NCBI GenBank assembly: GCA_965218295.1
Contig: CBDCKN010000006.1
Span: forward strand, 8,712-72,711
DNA from: Longimicrobiales bacterium
Lineage (GTDB): Bacteria > Gemmatimonadota > Gemmatimonadetes > Longimicrobiales > Gaopeijiaceae
Direction: 5' to 3'
DNA length: 64,000 nucleotides
A model generated the notes under the pieces. That model worked only from the letters and a program-made list of their open reading frames with translations. It ran no database searches and was not told the origin of the DNA. This document shows positions 21,658 to 31,471 of the stretch, piece by piece (position 1 is the first letter of the stretch; every line of letters starts with the position of its first letter). A program made the position numbers and the translations under genes.

Positions 21658-23280
21658 ATGTTCAAATCCGTACGAGGCCGGCTCATAGTCATTTTGGCGG
21701 TGGCCGGCATAAGCCTCGGCTACCTCGTCACCAACAAGATCAAGCTGGGGCTCGACCTTCAGGGAGGGATGCACCTGGTTCTCGAGGTGGACGATCCCGA
21801 GGGCACCATGACGGCCGATGCCCGCTCCGACGCCATCGATCGAGCCGAGCGCATTCTGCGAACCCGCATCGACGAATTCGGAGTGGAGGAGCCGCTCATT
21901 CAGAAGGTCGGCTCCGAGCGGATCATCGTCGAGCTGCCGGGCATCGCGGACGAGGACCGAGCCAAGAATCTGATCCAGCAGTCGGCGTTCCTCGAGTTCA
22001 AGCTCGTGCTTCCAGTGACGGAGCTCGAACCCGCCCTTAGTCGGATCGACCGGCAGATCGTCGCCGCCCTCGGAGTGGATGCGCTCCGCGAGATGGGGCG
22101 CGATACGGAGGGCCCCTCACAGGACTTGGAGGATCTGATCTTCGCGAGCCCCAACGCTGATTCGACCCAGGCGGACAGTGCCGGCGCCGAAGGAGAGCAG
22201 GCCGCTGAGGAAGAGGACCAGTCGGTGAACTTGAGGCCGTTCACGGCCCTCCTCGCCTCGGGCGATGTGGAAGGCACTTACCTGGTCGCCCTCGAGGACG
22301 TGGAGACGGCCCAGAGCTTCCTCGCGCTGCCCGAGGTTCAGATCGCTCTGCCCCGGAACATATCGCTCCACTGGGAGACGGATCCCGTCGGGGTCGGAAC
22401 CCGCACCTACCGGCGCCTCTATGTGACAGAGGATGACGCCTTCATGACGGGCGAGCAGCTCGAGACGGCTGTAGCCCAGCGGGATCCCCAGTTCAACCAG
22501 GCTCAGGTCAGCTTCCAGCTCAACCGGGCCGGGGGAAGGCGGTTCGCGCAGTTCACCACGCAGCACGTGGGCGACCTCATCGCCATCGTGCTGGACGACG
22601 AGATCGTGAGTGCTCCGGTGGTGCGTGATCGCATCGGTGCCAGCGGAGTCATCGAGATGGGCAACGCCGACATCGCCGAGGCGGCGGACCTGGCGCTCGT
22701 GCTCCGAGCCGGCGCCCTCCCCGCCAAGCTGCGGATCATGGAGGAGCGGACCGTGGGGCCGTCTCTGGGGCAGGACTCGATCGACCGGGGCAAGATCGCC
22801 GGTATCATCGGGGTGGTGGGGGTCGTGATCGTCATGATGCTGTACTACAAAGTGGCAGGCGTCCTCGCCGTGCTGGCCCTAGGCGGCTACACCGTGCTGG
22901 TGCTGGGCAGCCTTGCGGCCTTCGGCGCCGCGCTGACCCTTCCGGGGATAGCGGGCCTGATCCTCTCGGTGGGAATGGCGGTGGATGCCAACGTCCTCAT
23001 CTTTGAGCGGATCCGTGAGGAGCTTATCCTCGGCAGGGCGACGCGCACGGCGGTGGACGAGGGCTTCGCACACGCCCTGTCGGCCATCGTCGACGCGAAC
23101 CTGACGACGCTCATCACGGCGCTCATCCTCTTCCAGTTCGGTACGGGGCCCGTGCGGGGCTTCGCCTTGACCCTGTCCATCGGGATCGTGTGGTCGTTCA
23201 TCTCGGCCCTCTACGTGACACGAACCTTCTTCCTCATGTACCTGTCGGGAAAGAAGGCTTCCGACCCGATCAGCATCTGA
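21658..23280 (+). CDS. secD: protein translocase subunit SecD
   Basis: LGLDLQGGMH, LRAGALPA, VGPSLG, GMAVDANVLIFERIREE. Confidence 0.97.
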   Translation: MFKSVRGRLIVILAVAGISLGYLVTNKIKLGLDLQGGMHLVLEVDDPEGTMTADARSDAIDRAERILRTRIDEFGVEEPLIQKVGSERIIVELPGIADEDRAKNLIQQSAFLEFKLVLPVTELEPALSRIDRQIVAALGVDALREMGRDTEGPSQDLEDLIFASPNADSTQADSAGAEGEQAAEEEDQSVNLRPFTALLASGDVEGTYLVALEDVETAQSFLALPEVQIALPRNISLHWETDPVGVGTRTYRRLYVTEDDAFMTGEQLETAVAQRDPQFNQAQVSFQLNRAGGRRFAQFTTQHVGDLIAIVLDDEIVSAPVVRDRIGASGVIEMGNADIAEAADLALVLRAGALPAKLRIMEERTVGPSLGQDSIDRGKIAGIIGVVGVVIVMMLYYKVAGVLAVLALGGYTVLVLGSLAAFGAALTLPGIAGLILSVGMAVDANVLIFERIREELILGRATRTAVDEGFAHALSAIVDANLTTLITALILFQFGTGPVRGFALTLSIGIVWSFISALYVTRTFFLMYLSGKKASDPISI

Positions 23281-23290
23281 GACGGGATCC

Positions 23291-24247
23291 ATGCGACTGT
23301 TCGACCAAGCGAGCTATCCCTTCATCGAGTGGCGCCGTAAGGCCTACATGGTGTCTGCGGCGGTCATCCTCACCGGGATAACGATGATGCTGGTCAACGT
23401 GTTCGCCATAGGTAGCTGGCAGAACTACGGCGTCGACTTCACCGGCGGATCCCTCATCCAGGTCCACTTCCATGAGCCTGCCACGGCGGCCCAGCTTCGG
23501 GCGGCCCTCGGGGGCTCTCAGGCGCCTCCTATCACCCGGTTTGGCGAGGAGAACGAGTTCGTGATCCGGGCCGCCCTGGGTGAGGAGGAGGTGGACGTGG
23601 TGCGGGCGCAGGTCGAAGAGCAGCTCCTCGCCGCGTTCGGGGGTGATATGTTCGACGTGGTCAGGACCGAGACTGTGGGGCCCAAGATCGGCGGAGAGCT
23701 CCAGCAGAAGGCGGCCTTGGCCATTCTGTTCTCCTTCATCCTCACGCTCGTCTACCTGGCCTTCCGGTTCGAGCTGCGCTTCGGGCTGGCGGCCGTGATC
23801 GCGACGATCCACGACATCCTGATCACCCTGGGCTTTCTGGCGTTGTTCCGGATCGAGATCGCGCTACCCACCGTGGCCGCCATCCTCACCATCGTGGGGT
23901 ACTCGCTCAACGACACCATCGTGGTGTTCGATCGGATCCGCGAGAACCTGAATGCCAAGGGCGGACGCCGTGAGGATCCGGTGGCTCTGGTCGATCGTTC
24001 CATCAACGAGACGCTTCCGCGCACGGTGCTCACCTCCGGGACGACCCTGGCCGTATTGCTGGCTCTCCTCTTCGTGGGTGGCGCGGTGATCCGTGACTTC
24101 ACGCTGGTGCTCATACTGGGGGTCGTCATCGGGACGTACTCGTCCATCTTCGTGGCGTCACCGGCGCTCCTAGAGATCCAGAAGCGCTTTGGCGACGGAT
24201 CGGCCCGCCGCGACCGGAAGAAGAGCAGGGCTACGGCGACCGTGTAG
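23291..24247 (+). CDS. secF: protein translocase subunit SecF
   Basis: GVDFTGG, VGPKIGGEL, GYSLNDTIVVFDRIRE. Confidence 0.97.
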   Translation: MRLFDQASYPFIEWRRKAYMVSAAVILTGITMMLVNVFAIGSWQNYGVDFTGGSLIQVHFHEPATAAQLRAALGGSQAPPITRFGEENEFVIRAALGEEEVDVVRAQVEEQLLAAFGGDMFDVVRTETVGPKIGGELQQKAALAILFSFILTLVYLAFRFELRFGLAAVIATIHDILITLGFLALFRIEIALPTVAAILTIVGYSLNDTIVVFDRIRENLNAKGGRREDPVALVDRSINETLPRTVLTSGTTLAVLLALLFVGGAVIRDFTLVLILGVVIGTYSSIFVASPALLEIQKRFGDGSARRDRKKSRATATV

Positions 24248-24257
24248 GTAGTGTCCT

Positions 24258-25022
24258 GTGTTCGACAGCCACTGCCATCTGACGGACGGCCGTTTCGACG
24301 ACGATCGGGCGGCCGTCATCACTAGGGCCCGCCAGGCCGGCGTGACCCGCATCGTCACCATCGCCTCGGATCTCGAAGACGCTCACACCGCAGCAGAGCT
24401 GGCTGCCGCGCACGACGGCATGTGGTCCACCGCCGGAGTTCACCCTCACGAGGTATCGCAGGCGCGAGACGACGACCTGGAGGGGATCCGGGAGCTGGCC
24501 ACCAGCCGGCCCGAAGTCGTGGCCATCGGTGAAACCGGTTTGGACTACTTCTACGATCACTCGCCTCGGGAGCTCCAGCGGAGATGGTTCGAGAACCAGC
24601 TCGGGCTGGCCTGCGGGCTGGGTCTGCCGCTGGTGATCCATAGCCGCGAAGCGGAAGACGACACCATCGCCGTGATCCGAAGCGCCCCTCCTTCGACAGG
24701 CATGGTTCTGCACTGCTTCACGGGGAGCATGCGGCTCCTGGAAGCCGCGCTCGAAGTCGGATGTCATGTGTCCTTTTCAGGGATCGTCTCCTTTGCCAAG
24801 TTCGACGGCTACGAGGCTGTGAGGGTGGTTCCCGGCGATCGCATTCTGGCCGAGACGGATTCGCCGTACCTGGCCCCCATCCCGCACCGGGGCAAGCGCA
24901 ACGAGCCTGCTTTCGTCACTCAGGTGATCGAGGTGATGGCGGGCATTCGGGGCGAAAGCGTCGAGGCGATGGCCGAGTCCACGACCGCCAACGCCACCCG
25001 CTTCTACGCCCTGGAGTCATGA
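24258..25022 (+). CDS. tatD: TatD-family deoxyribonuclease
   Basis: DSHCHL, GVHPH, GETGLDY, HSREA, ETDSPYL. Confidence 0.93.
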   Translation: MFDSHCHLTDGRFDDDRAAVITRARQAGVTRIVTIASDLEDAHTAAELAAAHDGMWSTAGVHPHEVSQARDDDLEGIRELATSRPEVVAIGETGLDYFYDHSPRELQRRWFENQLGLACGLGLPLVIHSREAEDDTIAVIRSAPPSTGMVLHCFTGSMRLLEAALEVGCHVSFSGIVSFAKFDGYEAVRVVPGDRILAETDSPYLAPIPHRGKRNEPAFVTQVIEVMAGIRGESVEAMAESTTANATRFYALES

Positions 25023-25032
25023 CGGGGTCGAA

Positions 25033-26802
25033 ATGCCGCGCACCATAGAGGTTCTTCCGGACGTCGTAGCCAATCAGATCGCCGCCGGGGAGGTGGTGGA
25101 GCGGCCCGCGTCCGTGGTGAAGGAGCTCGTCGAGAACGCCCTGGACGCCCGCGGAACCCGCATCGATATCGTTCTGGAGCGGGGGGGCAAGCGCCGCATC
25201 CGCGTAACCGACGATGGCGTTGGCATGACCCGCGAGGACGCCCTGCTCTGCCTGGACCGCCACGCCACCAGCAAGATCCGCACTGCCGTCGATCTCCAAT
25301 CGGTCGTGACCTTCGGCTTCCGGGGCGAGGCCCTGCCGTCCATTGCTGCCGTGTCCCGCATGACGCTGGACACAAAGGACGGAGACGATGAGGTGGGGAC
25401 TCGCATCCGGGTGAAGGGCGGAACCATGAGCGGCGTCGATGACGCTCCCAGGCGCCGGGGGACCACGGTTGAGGTCGGAAACCTGTTCTTCAACGCTCCA
25501 GCCCGCTCGAAGTTCTTGAAGGTGGTGGCCGCCGAAACCCGAGCCGTGAGCGAGGCGGTCACAGTCTTGGCGTTGGCTAACGCGTCGGTGGCCTTCACGC
25601 TCACGTCGGATGGGCGTGTGCTCCTGGACCTGCCACCGGCCAAGGATCTCACGGCCCGCGTGAGCGCCATCTGGGGCAGGGAGCTGGCGAGCACCCTCGT
25701 CGCACTGGCCGCCGAGGCCGACGGCATGTCGCTGCGTGGTCTGGTGCAGCGGCCCGATGCCGCCAAGAGTGGGCTCCGTCGGGCGAACCTGTTCGTGAAT
25801 GGGCGCCCCTTCCGGAGCCGCCCCCTCATGGCTGCCGTGGATCGGGGGTACCGCACCACCATCTCCGAGAAGGTGCGGCCGTGGGTCTTCCTCTATCTGC
25901 AGATGCCACCCGGGAGCGTGGACATGAACGTCCACCCGGCCAAGGCGGAAGTGTGGTTCCGATCGGCCGCCGCTGTGGAGTCGTTCGTGGAGGACGCCGT
26001 CCGGGGATGCCTCACCGCCGAGGCGAGCGCGGCCACCCTCGACACCCAGCTGGCTCCGCCCCGAATGTCCGTCCACGAGCCCGGTCCGACCTCACGGCGG
26101 TCCCGCGACCCACGGGACGAGGAGAGCCAGACGGCCCTTTTCCTGTCGGCCGATGCGATGGGGGAGGGCTTGGCAGGCGGGGAGGGCCAGGCCGGAGCGG
26201 CACAGATCAGCCCGGCCCCCTTGGTGGAGGAGCGCCCGCGTCTCTGGCAGGTCCTCAACACCTACGTGCTGGCGGAGACCCGCGAGGGCCTCATCATCAT
26301 CGATCAACACTCGGCCCACGAGCGCATCCTCTTCGAGCGCCTCATGGATGCCTTCGAGGAGGGAGGACAGACTGGCCAGCGACTGCTCTTTCCCCTCACC
26401 GTCCGGCTCTCTAAGGCCGAGTTCCAGGAGGCCGAGGCCCTTACCGGCATGCTCAACCGCGTGGGCTTCGAGGTCGAGGGCTTCGGCGGGACCACCATCA
26501 TTGTTAATGCCGTCCCCGATCCTCATCCGTACTTCGACCCGCAGCGCTGTTTCCGTGAGATGATGGAGGAGCTGGTCCAGGGCTCGGACCTCACTCGGGC
26601 GGCCAAAAACCAGCACGAGAAGATCGCCATGATGTTCGGGTGCAAGGGGGCCATCAAGGCTGGTCAGAAGCTGAGCGAGCGTGAGATGCAGGAGCTCTTC
26701 GATCAGCTCTTCGCCACCGAGCTTCCGTACCACGACGTGCACGGTCGTCCCACCATCGTGCGACTCGGGAAGGACGAGCTGGAGCGAAAGTTCGGACGTT
26801 GA
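25033..26802 (+). CDS. mutL: DNA mismatch repair endonuclease MutL
   Basis: AAGEVVERPASVVKELVENA, GFRGEAL, DQHSAHER, HGRP. Confidence 0.97.
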   Translation: MPRTIEVLPDVVANQIAAGEVVERPASVVKELVENALDARGTRIDIVLERGGKRRIRVTDDGVGMTREDALLCLDRHATSKIRTAVDLQSVVTFGFRGEALPSIAAVSRMTLDTKDGDDEVGTRIRVKGGTMSGVDDAPRRRGTTVEVGNLFFNAPARSKFLKVVAAETRAVSEAVTVLALANASVAFTLTSDGRVLLDLPPAKDLTARVSAIWGRELASTLVALAAEADGMSLRGLVQRPDAAKSGLRRANLFVNGRPFRSRPLMAAVDRGYRTTISEKVRPWVFLYLQMPPGSVDMNVHPAKAEVWFRSAAAVESFVEDAVRGCLTAEASAATLDTQLAPPRMSVHEPGPTSRRSRDPRDEESQTALFLSADAMGEGLAGGEGQAGAAQISPAPLVEERPRLWQVLNTYVLAETREGLIIIDQHSAHERILFERLMDAFEEGGQTGQRLLFPLTVRLSKAEFQEAEALTGMLNRVGFEVEGFGGTTIIVNAVPDPHPYFDPQRCFREMMEELVQGSDLTRAAKNQHEKIAMMFGCKGAIKAGQKLSEREMQELFDQLFATELPYHDVHGRPTIVRLGKDELERKFGR

Positions 26803-27740
26803 TGGACTTTCTGGCGATCACTGGACCCACCACATCCGGGAAGACCGCCCTCTCCATGGAGGTGGCCCGCACCCTCGACGTCGAGATCGTGTGCATGGAC
26901 TCCCGTCAGGTCTACCGGGGCATGGACATCGGGACCGACAAGGCGAGCCAGGAGCTTCGGGAGCGGGTACCCCATCACGGTCTCGACACGAGAGATCCCA
27001 ACGAGACGTACAGTGCGGGCCAGTTCGGCCGGGACGCGCGCGTGTGGATCTCCGAGATCCGTGCTCGGGGGCACGTACCCCTGGTGGTGGGTGGTACGGG
27101 ATTCTTCCTCCGCGCTCTCACGGATCCCATGTTCCGCCAGCCCGACATGGAAGGGCATCGTCTCGAGGCGTTACGCCGATATCTCAGGACCTTCACCAGG
27201 GAGGAGTTGGAACGTTGGGTAGGGGAGCTCGACCCCAGCCGCGCGGCCATCGCCGCCGAGGGAGGGCCCCACCGCCTCGGGAGGACCCTGGAGGTAGCGC
27301 TCCTCACCGGACGTCCGCTGAGCTGGTGGCATGAGCAGGGAGCGCCAGACCAGGAGCCGCTGCAGGGGGTGATCGTGGTCTTGGAGATGCCCCGGGAAGA
27401 ACTGGACCGACGGATCGACGCCAGGGTAACCCGGATGGCGGAAGAGGGGTTGGTCACGGAGGTGGAGCGGCTGCTGGAGCAGGGGTACGGGCCCGACGAT
27501 CCGGGCATGACGGGGACCGGCTACCGGGAGATCGCCGCGTACCTGACCGGTGAGACGAGCCTCGAAGAGGCCCTCGATCGGATGCGGTCGGTGACCCGGA
27601 AGTACGCCCGCAGGCAGCTCACGTGGTTCAGGCATCAGGTGCCCGACGGTATGGTTCGTATAGACGCGCTCCAGCCTGTGGCGAACCAGGCCGCACAGGT
27701 GGTGGAGGCGTGGACGCTCGCACCGGTGGCACAGGGATGA
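26802..27740 (+). CDS. miaA: tRNA dimethylallyltransferase
   Basis: GPTTSGKT, DSRQVYRGMDIGT, VGGTG, YARRQLTWFR. Confidence 0.96.
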   Translation: MDFLAITGPTTSGKTALSMEVARTLDVEIVCMDSRQVYRGMDIGTDKASQELRERVPHHGLDTRDPNETYSAGQFGRDARVWISEIRARGHVPLVVGGTGFFLRALTDPMFRQPDMEGHRLEALRRYLRTFTREELERWVGELDPSRAAIAAEGGPHRLGRTLEVALLTGRPLSWWHEQGAPDQEPLQGVIVVLEMPREELDRRIDARVTRMAEEGLVTEVERLLEQGYGPDDPGMTGTGYREIAAYLTGETSLEEALDRMRSVTRKYARRQLTWFRHQVPDGMVRIDALQPVANQAAQVVEAWTLAPVAQG

Positions 27741-28894
27741 GCATGAAGATTGGGATCACATGTTACCCCACGTACGGGGGCTCAGGCGCCGTGGCGACGG
27801 CTCTGGGCATACAGCTCGCGAAGCGAGGGCACGAAGTGCACTTCGTCTCGTACGCACAGCCGTTCCGCCTGGGCCACTTTCACGAGCGGATCTTCTTCCA
27901 CGAAGTGGAGATGGAGCACTACCCGCTCTTTGAGCACCCTCCCTACACGCTGGCGCTGGCGGTTGCCCTCCACGACGCGGCTCAGACCCACGACCTCGAC
28001 CTGCTTCACGTTCACTATGCCATCCCCCACGCCACCTCGGCGTGGATCGCCCAGGAGATGCTTGGGGACGGGGGCGTGCCGGTGGTGACCACCCTCCACG
28101 GCACGGACATCACGTTGGTGGGACTCCATCCGTCTTTCCAACCGATCACGCGCTTCTCCATCCTGCGCTCTACCGGGATCACCGCGGTCTCCGAGTACCT
28201 GCGAGACGAAACGGTCCGTGACTTCGGCGTACCCCCTGAGCGGATCGAAGTAATCCCGAATTTCATCGACACCGAGGTCTATGATCCGGCGAAAGAGCCC
28301 TGCCACCGGTCGACGCTGGCAGAGGAGGGGGAGAAGATCGTCATGCATGTGTCCAACTTCCGGCCCGTGAAGCGCGTGCTGGACGTGGTGGAGATCTTCA
28401 GGCGAGTGGCCGCGAAAGTGCCGTCCCGCTTGATCATGGTGGGCGACGGACCGGACAGGCCGCGGGCCCTGGAGAGGGCCCAGGCCCTGGGCGTGGGCGA
28501 CCGTGTGGTCTTTCTGGGGAAGCACGACTCCGTGGAGGAGCTGCTCCCGTGCGCCGATCTCTTCCTGCTTCCCAGTGGGTCCGAGTCCTTCGGCCTGGCA
28601 GCTTTGGAGGCGATGGCCTCCGGGGTGCCGGTCGTGGCGTCGTCGGTGGGGGGCGTGCCGGAGCTGGTTCCGCACGCGGAGGTGGGATACCTCTACCCCG
28701 TGGGAGACGTGGACGGAATGTTCGAAGGGGCCCTGGAGATCCTGAGCGACCCGGATCGGCAGATGGCCTTCGGGGAGACGGGTCGGACCGTCGCGGTGGA
28801 ACGCTTCTCGGCCGAGCTGGTGGTACCGGCGTACGAGGCGTGTTACGAGCAGGCGATGGAGTCCCACCCGCAGACCTTCGAGTCGCACGGGTGA
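27737..28894 (+). CDS. bshA: N-acetyl-alpha-D-glucosaminyl L-malate synthase (bacillithiol pathway GT4)
   Basis: MKIGITCYPTYGGSG, HVHYAIPHA, TTLHGTDITLVG, SNFRPVKR, ESFGLAALEAM. Confidence 0.93.
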   Translation: MSMKIGITCYPTYGGSGAVATALGIQLAKRGHEVHFVSYAQPFRLGHFHERIFFHEVEMEHYPLFEHPPYTLALAVALHDAAQTHDLDLLHVHYAIPHATSAWIAQEMLGDGGVPVVTTLHGTDITLVGLHPSFQPITRFSILRSTGITAVSEYLRDETVRDFGVPPERIEVIPNFIDTEVYDPAKEPCHRSTLAEEGEKIVMHVSNFRPVKRVLDVVEIFRRVAAKVPSRLIMVGDGPDRPRALERAQALGVGDRVVFLGKHDSVEELLPCADLFLLPSGSESFGLAALEAMASGVPVVASSVGGVPELVPHAEVGYLYPVGDVDGMFEGALEILSDPDRQMAFGETGRTVAVERFSAELVVPAYEACYEQAMESHPQTFESHG

Positions 28895-29679
28895 GTCTCT
28901 GGGAGGCGGTCTTTCTCGGATTCCTCCAGGGGGCCACGGAGTTCCTGCCGGTCTCCAGCTCGGGCCATCTGGTGTTGGGCCAGACCCTGCTGGGCCTGGA
29001 GATCCCGGGGGTGCAATTCGAGGTGGCGGTGCACGCAGCGACTCTCGTCTCCGTCGTTGTGGTCTACCACGACCGCATCCGAGGTCTCGTCCGCGGCGCC
29101 ATCAGGGGCCAATCCCACGCCTTGCGCTACGTCGGCTTTCTGGCCCTCGCCACCGCTCCCGTCGTGGTCGTGGCAGCGTTCTTCAGGGATTCGGTAGAGG
29201 CGCTCTTCGAGAGCCCCTTCGTTCCAGCGGTGGCTTTTTTAGTCACGGGCGCCCTGCTCTGGACGACGCGCACGGCACTGCGGCGGGAGAGTTGGCCGGG
29301 ACTGGGCTTTCTGGCGGCAGGCGTGATCGGTCTGGCCCAGGCGTTCGCAGTGGTGCCGGGTATCTCGCGATCGGGGGCGACCGTGGTCGCGGCGCTGTGG
29401 ATGGGCGTCGAGGCCGAGGAGGCCGCGGCATTCTCGTTCTTGATGGCCATTCCGGCGATCGCCGGAGCCTCGGTCCTCCAGCTCTGGGGATCGACCGATC
29501 CGGGACCGAGCCTCACAGGCGGTGCCCTGATCCTGGCGTCGGTGATGGCTGCGGTGACCGGTGTCCTGGCGATCCGGGCGTTCGTGGCCTTCCTGGCGCG
29601 GCGGACGTTCCACCGGTTCGGCATCTACTGTTGGGCACTGGGAGCGGCGTTCCTGGTCTATCTCATCTCGGTGGGTTGA
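28891..29679 (+). CDS. uppP: undecaprenyl-diphosphate phosphatase
   Basis: QGATEFLPVSSSGH, PGISRSGAT; GTGA overlap with bshA. Confidence 0.94.
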   Translation: MSLWEAVFLGFLQGATEFLPVSSSGHLVLGQTLLGLEIPGVQFEVAVHAATLVSVVVVYHDRIRGLVRGAIRGQSHALRYVGFLALATAPVVVVAAFFRDSVEALFESPFVPAVAFLVTGALLWTTRTALRRESWPGLGFLAAGVIGLAQAFAVVPGISRSGATVVAALWMGVEAEEAAAFSFLMAIPAIAGASVLQLWGSTDPGPSLTGGALILASVMAAVTGVLAIRAFVAFLARRTFHRFGIYCWALGAAFLVYLISVG

Positions 29680-29681
29680 TA

Positions 29682-29849
29682 CTAGTGTCCCGTTACCAAA
29701 GTGTCTCGGCCAGTCGAGGGCACGGGGCATCCGTGGGCTCGGCGTTGGAACTCCTTACCGTAGCTTGCGCTACGCTGCGTCGTCCCGCCTTGATCCCACG
29801 GCGCCCCGGCCCTCTTGGTGGCTCGCGAACTTCGGAAACGGAACACTAG
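29682..29849 (+). repeat. CTAG-bounded MITE-like element, subfamily A, longest complete copy (168 bp)
   Basis: CTAG-TGTCCCGTTACCAAAGT ... ACTTCGGAAACGGAACA-CTAG; imperfect TIR; internal stem-loops. Confidence 0.9.
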
Positions 29850-30620
29850 GTGGACCGTCTCTACGACTGGGAGGGCAAGCCGGTGGCGGTGTGGGAGCGC
29901 CTCTGGAACGTGCCGGTTTTGGAGGCCTACGACACGCTTCCCTCCACGAACGACCGGGTCCGAGAGTTGGTGGGGGAGGGGGCGGCCGCCTTCACCGTGG
30001 TGACCGCCGAGACCCAGACGACTGGGCGCGGCCGGTCGGGAAAACGGTGGGAATCACCGACGGGGTTCGGCCTGTGGATCTCCTTTCTGCTGCGACCCCC
30101 AGCGGGGGGCGCTCCGGCCCTGACGCCGATTCTCGTGGGGCTTGCCACCGCCCGGGCCATCGAGGCCCTGTGCCCTGAGCTCCATCCTGAGATCAAGTGG
30201 CCGAACGATGTTCTCGTGAGTGGCCGCAAGGTGGGAGGCATTCTGTGTGAAGGCGTGGGCCCGGACGCAGTCGTGGTGGGCGTGGGTCTCAACATCTGCC
30301 AGCGCGAAGAGGATTTTCCCTCCGCTTTGAGGGACCAGGCGACCTCTCTGGAAGCAGCCGGGTGCTCAGGAGTGTCGAGAGCCGAGTTGGCCGGGGGACT
30401 GCTCGGCGAGGCACGCAATCTGGTCGAGCCCCTCCCAGACAGAATCGATGAGGGCTTGCGCGTAGAGCTTCAGCACAGGGATGCTTTGGCAGGACGTACG
30501 GTCCGTACAGACACGGGGCAGGTGGGGCAGGCCATCGAGGTGGCGGACGACGGAGCCCTGCTGATCGAGGCGGAGGGGATCCGGTACGCGGTTCGAGGCG
30601 GGGGTGTCAGTATCGTCTGA
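29850..30620 (+). CDS. birA: biotin--[acetyl-CoA carboxylase] ligase (no N-terminal HTH)
   Basis: STND, AETQTTGRGRSGKRW, KWPND, KVGGIL, GVGLN. Confidence 0.92.
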   Translation: MDRLYDWEGKPVAVWERLWNVPVLEAYDTLPSTNDRVRELVGEGAAAFTVVTAETQTTGRGRSGKRWESPTGFGLWISFLLRPPAGGAPALTPILVGLATARAIEALCPELHPEIKWPNDVLVSGRKVGGILCEGVGPDAVVVGVGLNICQREEDFPSALRDQATSLEAAGCSGVSRAELAGGLLGEARNLVEPLPDRIDEGLRVELQHRDALAGRTVRTDTGQVGQAIEVADDGALLIEAEGIRYAVRGGGVSIV

Positions 30621-30651
30621 ACTCGAGATATACTAGCGCGGAGAGAGTGAG

Positions 30652-31428
30652 ATGGATCTGGTCATCGACGTGGGAAACAGCGAGACGGTGCTGGGGCTCG
30701 TGCAGCCTGAGGGGCTGGAGTTGGCGGCCTACTGGCGTGTGAGCACGACCGTACCGCGAACCGTGGACGAGTATGAGCTCCTTCTCCGCTCCCTGCTCGC
30801 CGACCGCGGGTTCACGCCTGAGGACCTGGGTCTGGCGGTCCTGGGATCCGTCGTCCCATCGGCCACGGACATCATCACCGACACCCTGCGACGGATCGGG
30901 GGCGAGCCCCCAGTGGTTGTGACCGCACAGAGCCCTCTCCCCATCGACCTCGACGTGGACGAACCGCTGACGGTCGGCGCCGACCGGATCGTCAACACGT
31001 TGGCCGCAAAAGAGATGTACGGACGCGACACCATAGCAGTGGACCTGGGAACGGCGACGACCTTCGACTGCATCACCGCTGACGGCGTCTTCCTCGGCGG
31101 CGTCATTTCCCAGGGCATCCAGGCGGGACTCGACTGGCTGGGGAAGAAGACGGCCAAGCTGCCCGACGTCGAGCTGGGTCCTCCTGAACGAGTGATCGGG
31201 CGCCGGACCGAGGACTGCATCCGTAGCGGTGTGTTCTACTCGGCAGTGGACGCCGTGGACGGCATCGTGAGGCGCATCCGACGTGAGTGGGCACGCCCCG
31301 ACGTTTATGTCGTGGCCACCGGAGGCTACGCCGAGGTGGTGGGGCCACACACCGAAACGGTGGACCACATCGAGCCCTTCCTGACCCTCTATGGGCTTGC
31401 GCTGGCCGGGCGGACCATTCGGGGCTGA
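30652..31428 (+). CDS. coaX: type III pantothenate kinase
   Basis: IDVGNS, VGADR, VDLGTATTFD, ATGG. Confidence 0.95.
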   Translation: MDLVIDVGNSETVLGLVQPEGLELAAYWRVSTTVPRTVDEYELLLRSLLADRGFTPEDLGLAVLGSVVPSATDIITDTLRRIGGEPPVVVTAQSPLPIDLDVDEPLTVGADRIVNTLAAKEMYGRDTIAVDLGTATTFDCITADGVFLGGVISQGIQAGLDWLGKKTAKLPDVELGPPERVIGRRTEDCIRSGVFYSAVDAVDGIVRRIRREWARPDVYVVATGGYAEVVGPHTETVDHIEPFLTLYGLALAGRTIRG

Positions 31429-31471
31429 GAGAGGCTGCCGATCCGAGGTGTAGACCGCCCGCAAGACCAGG

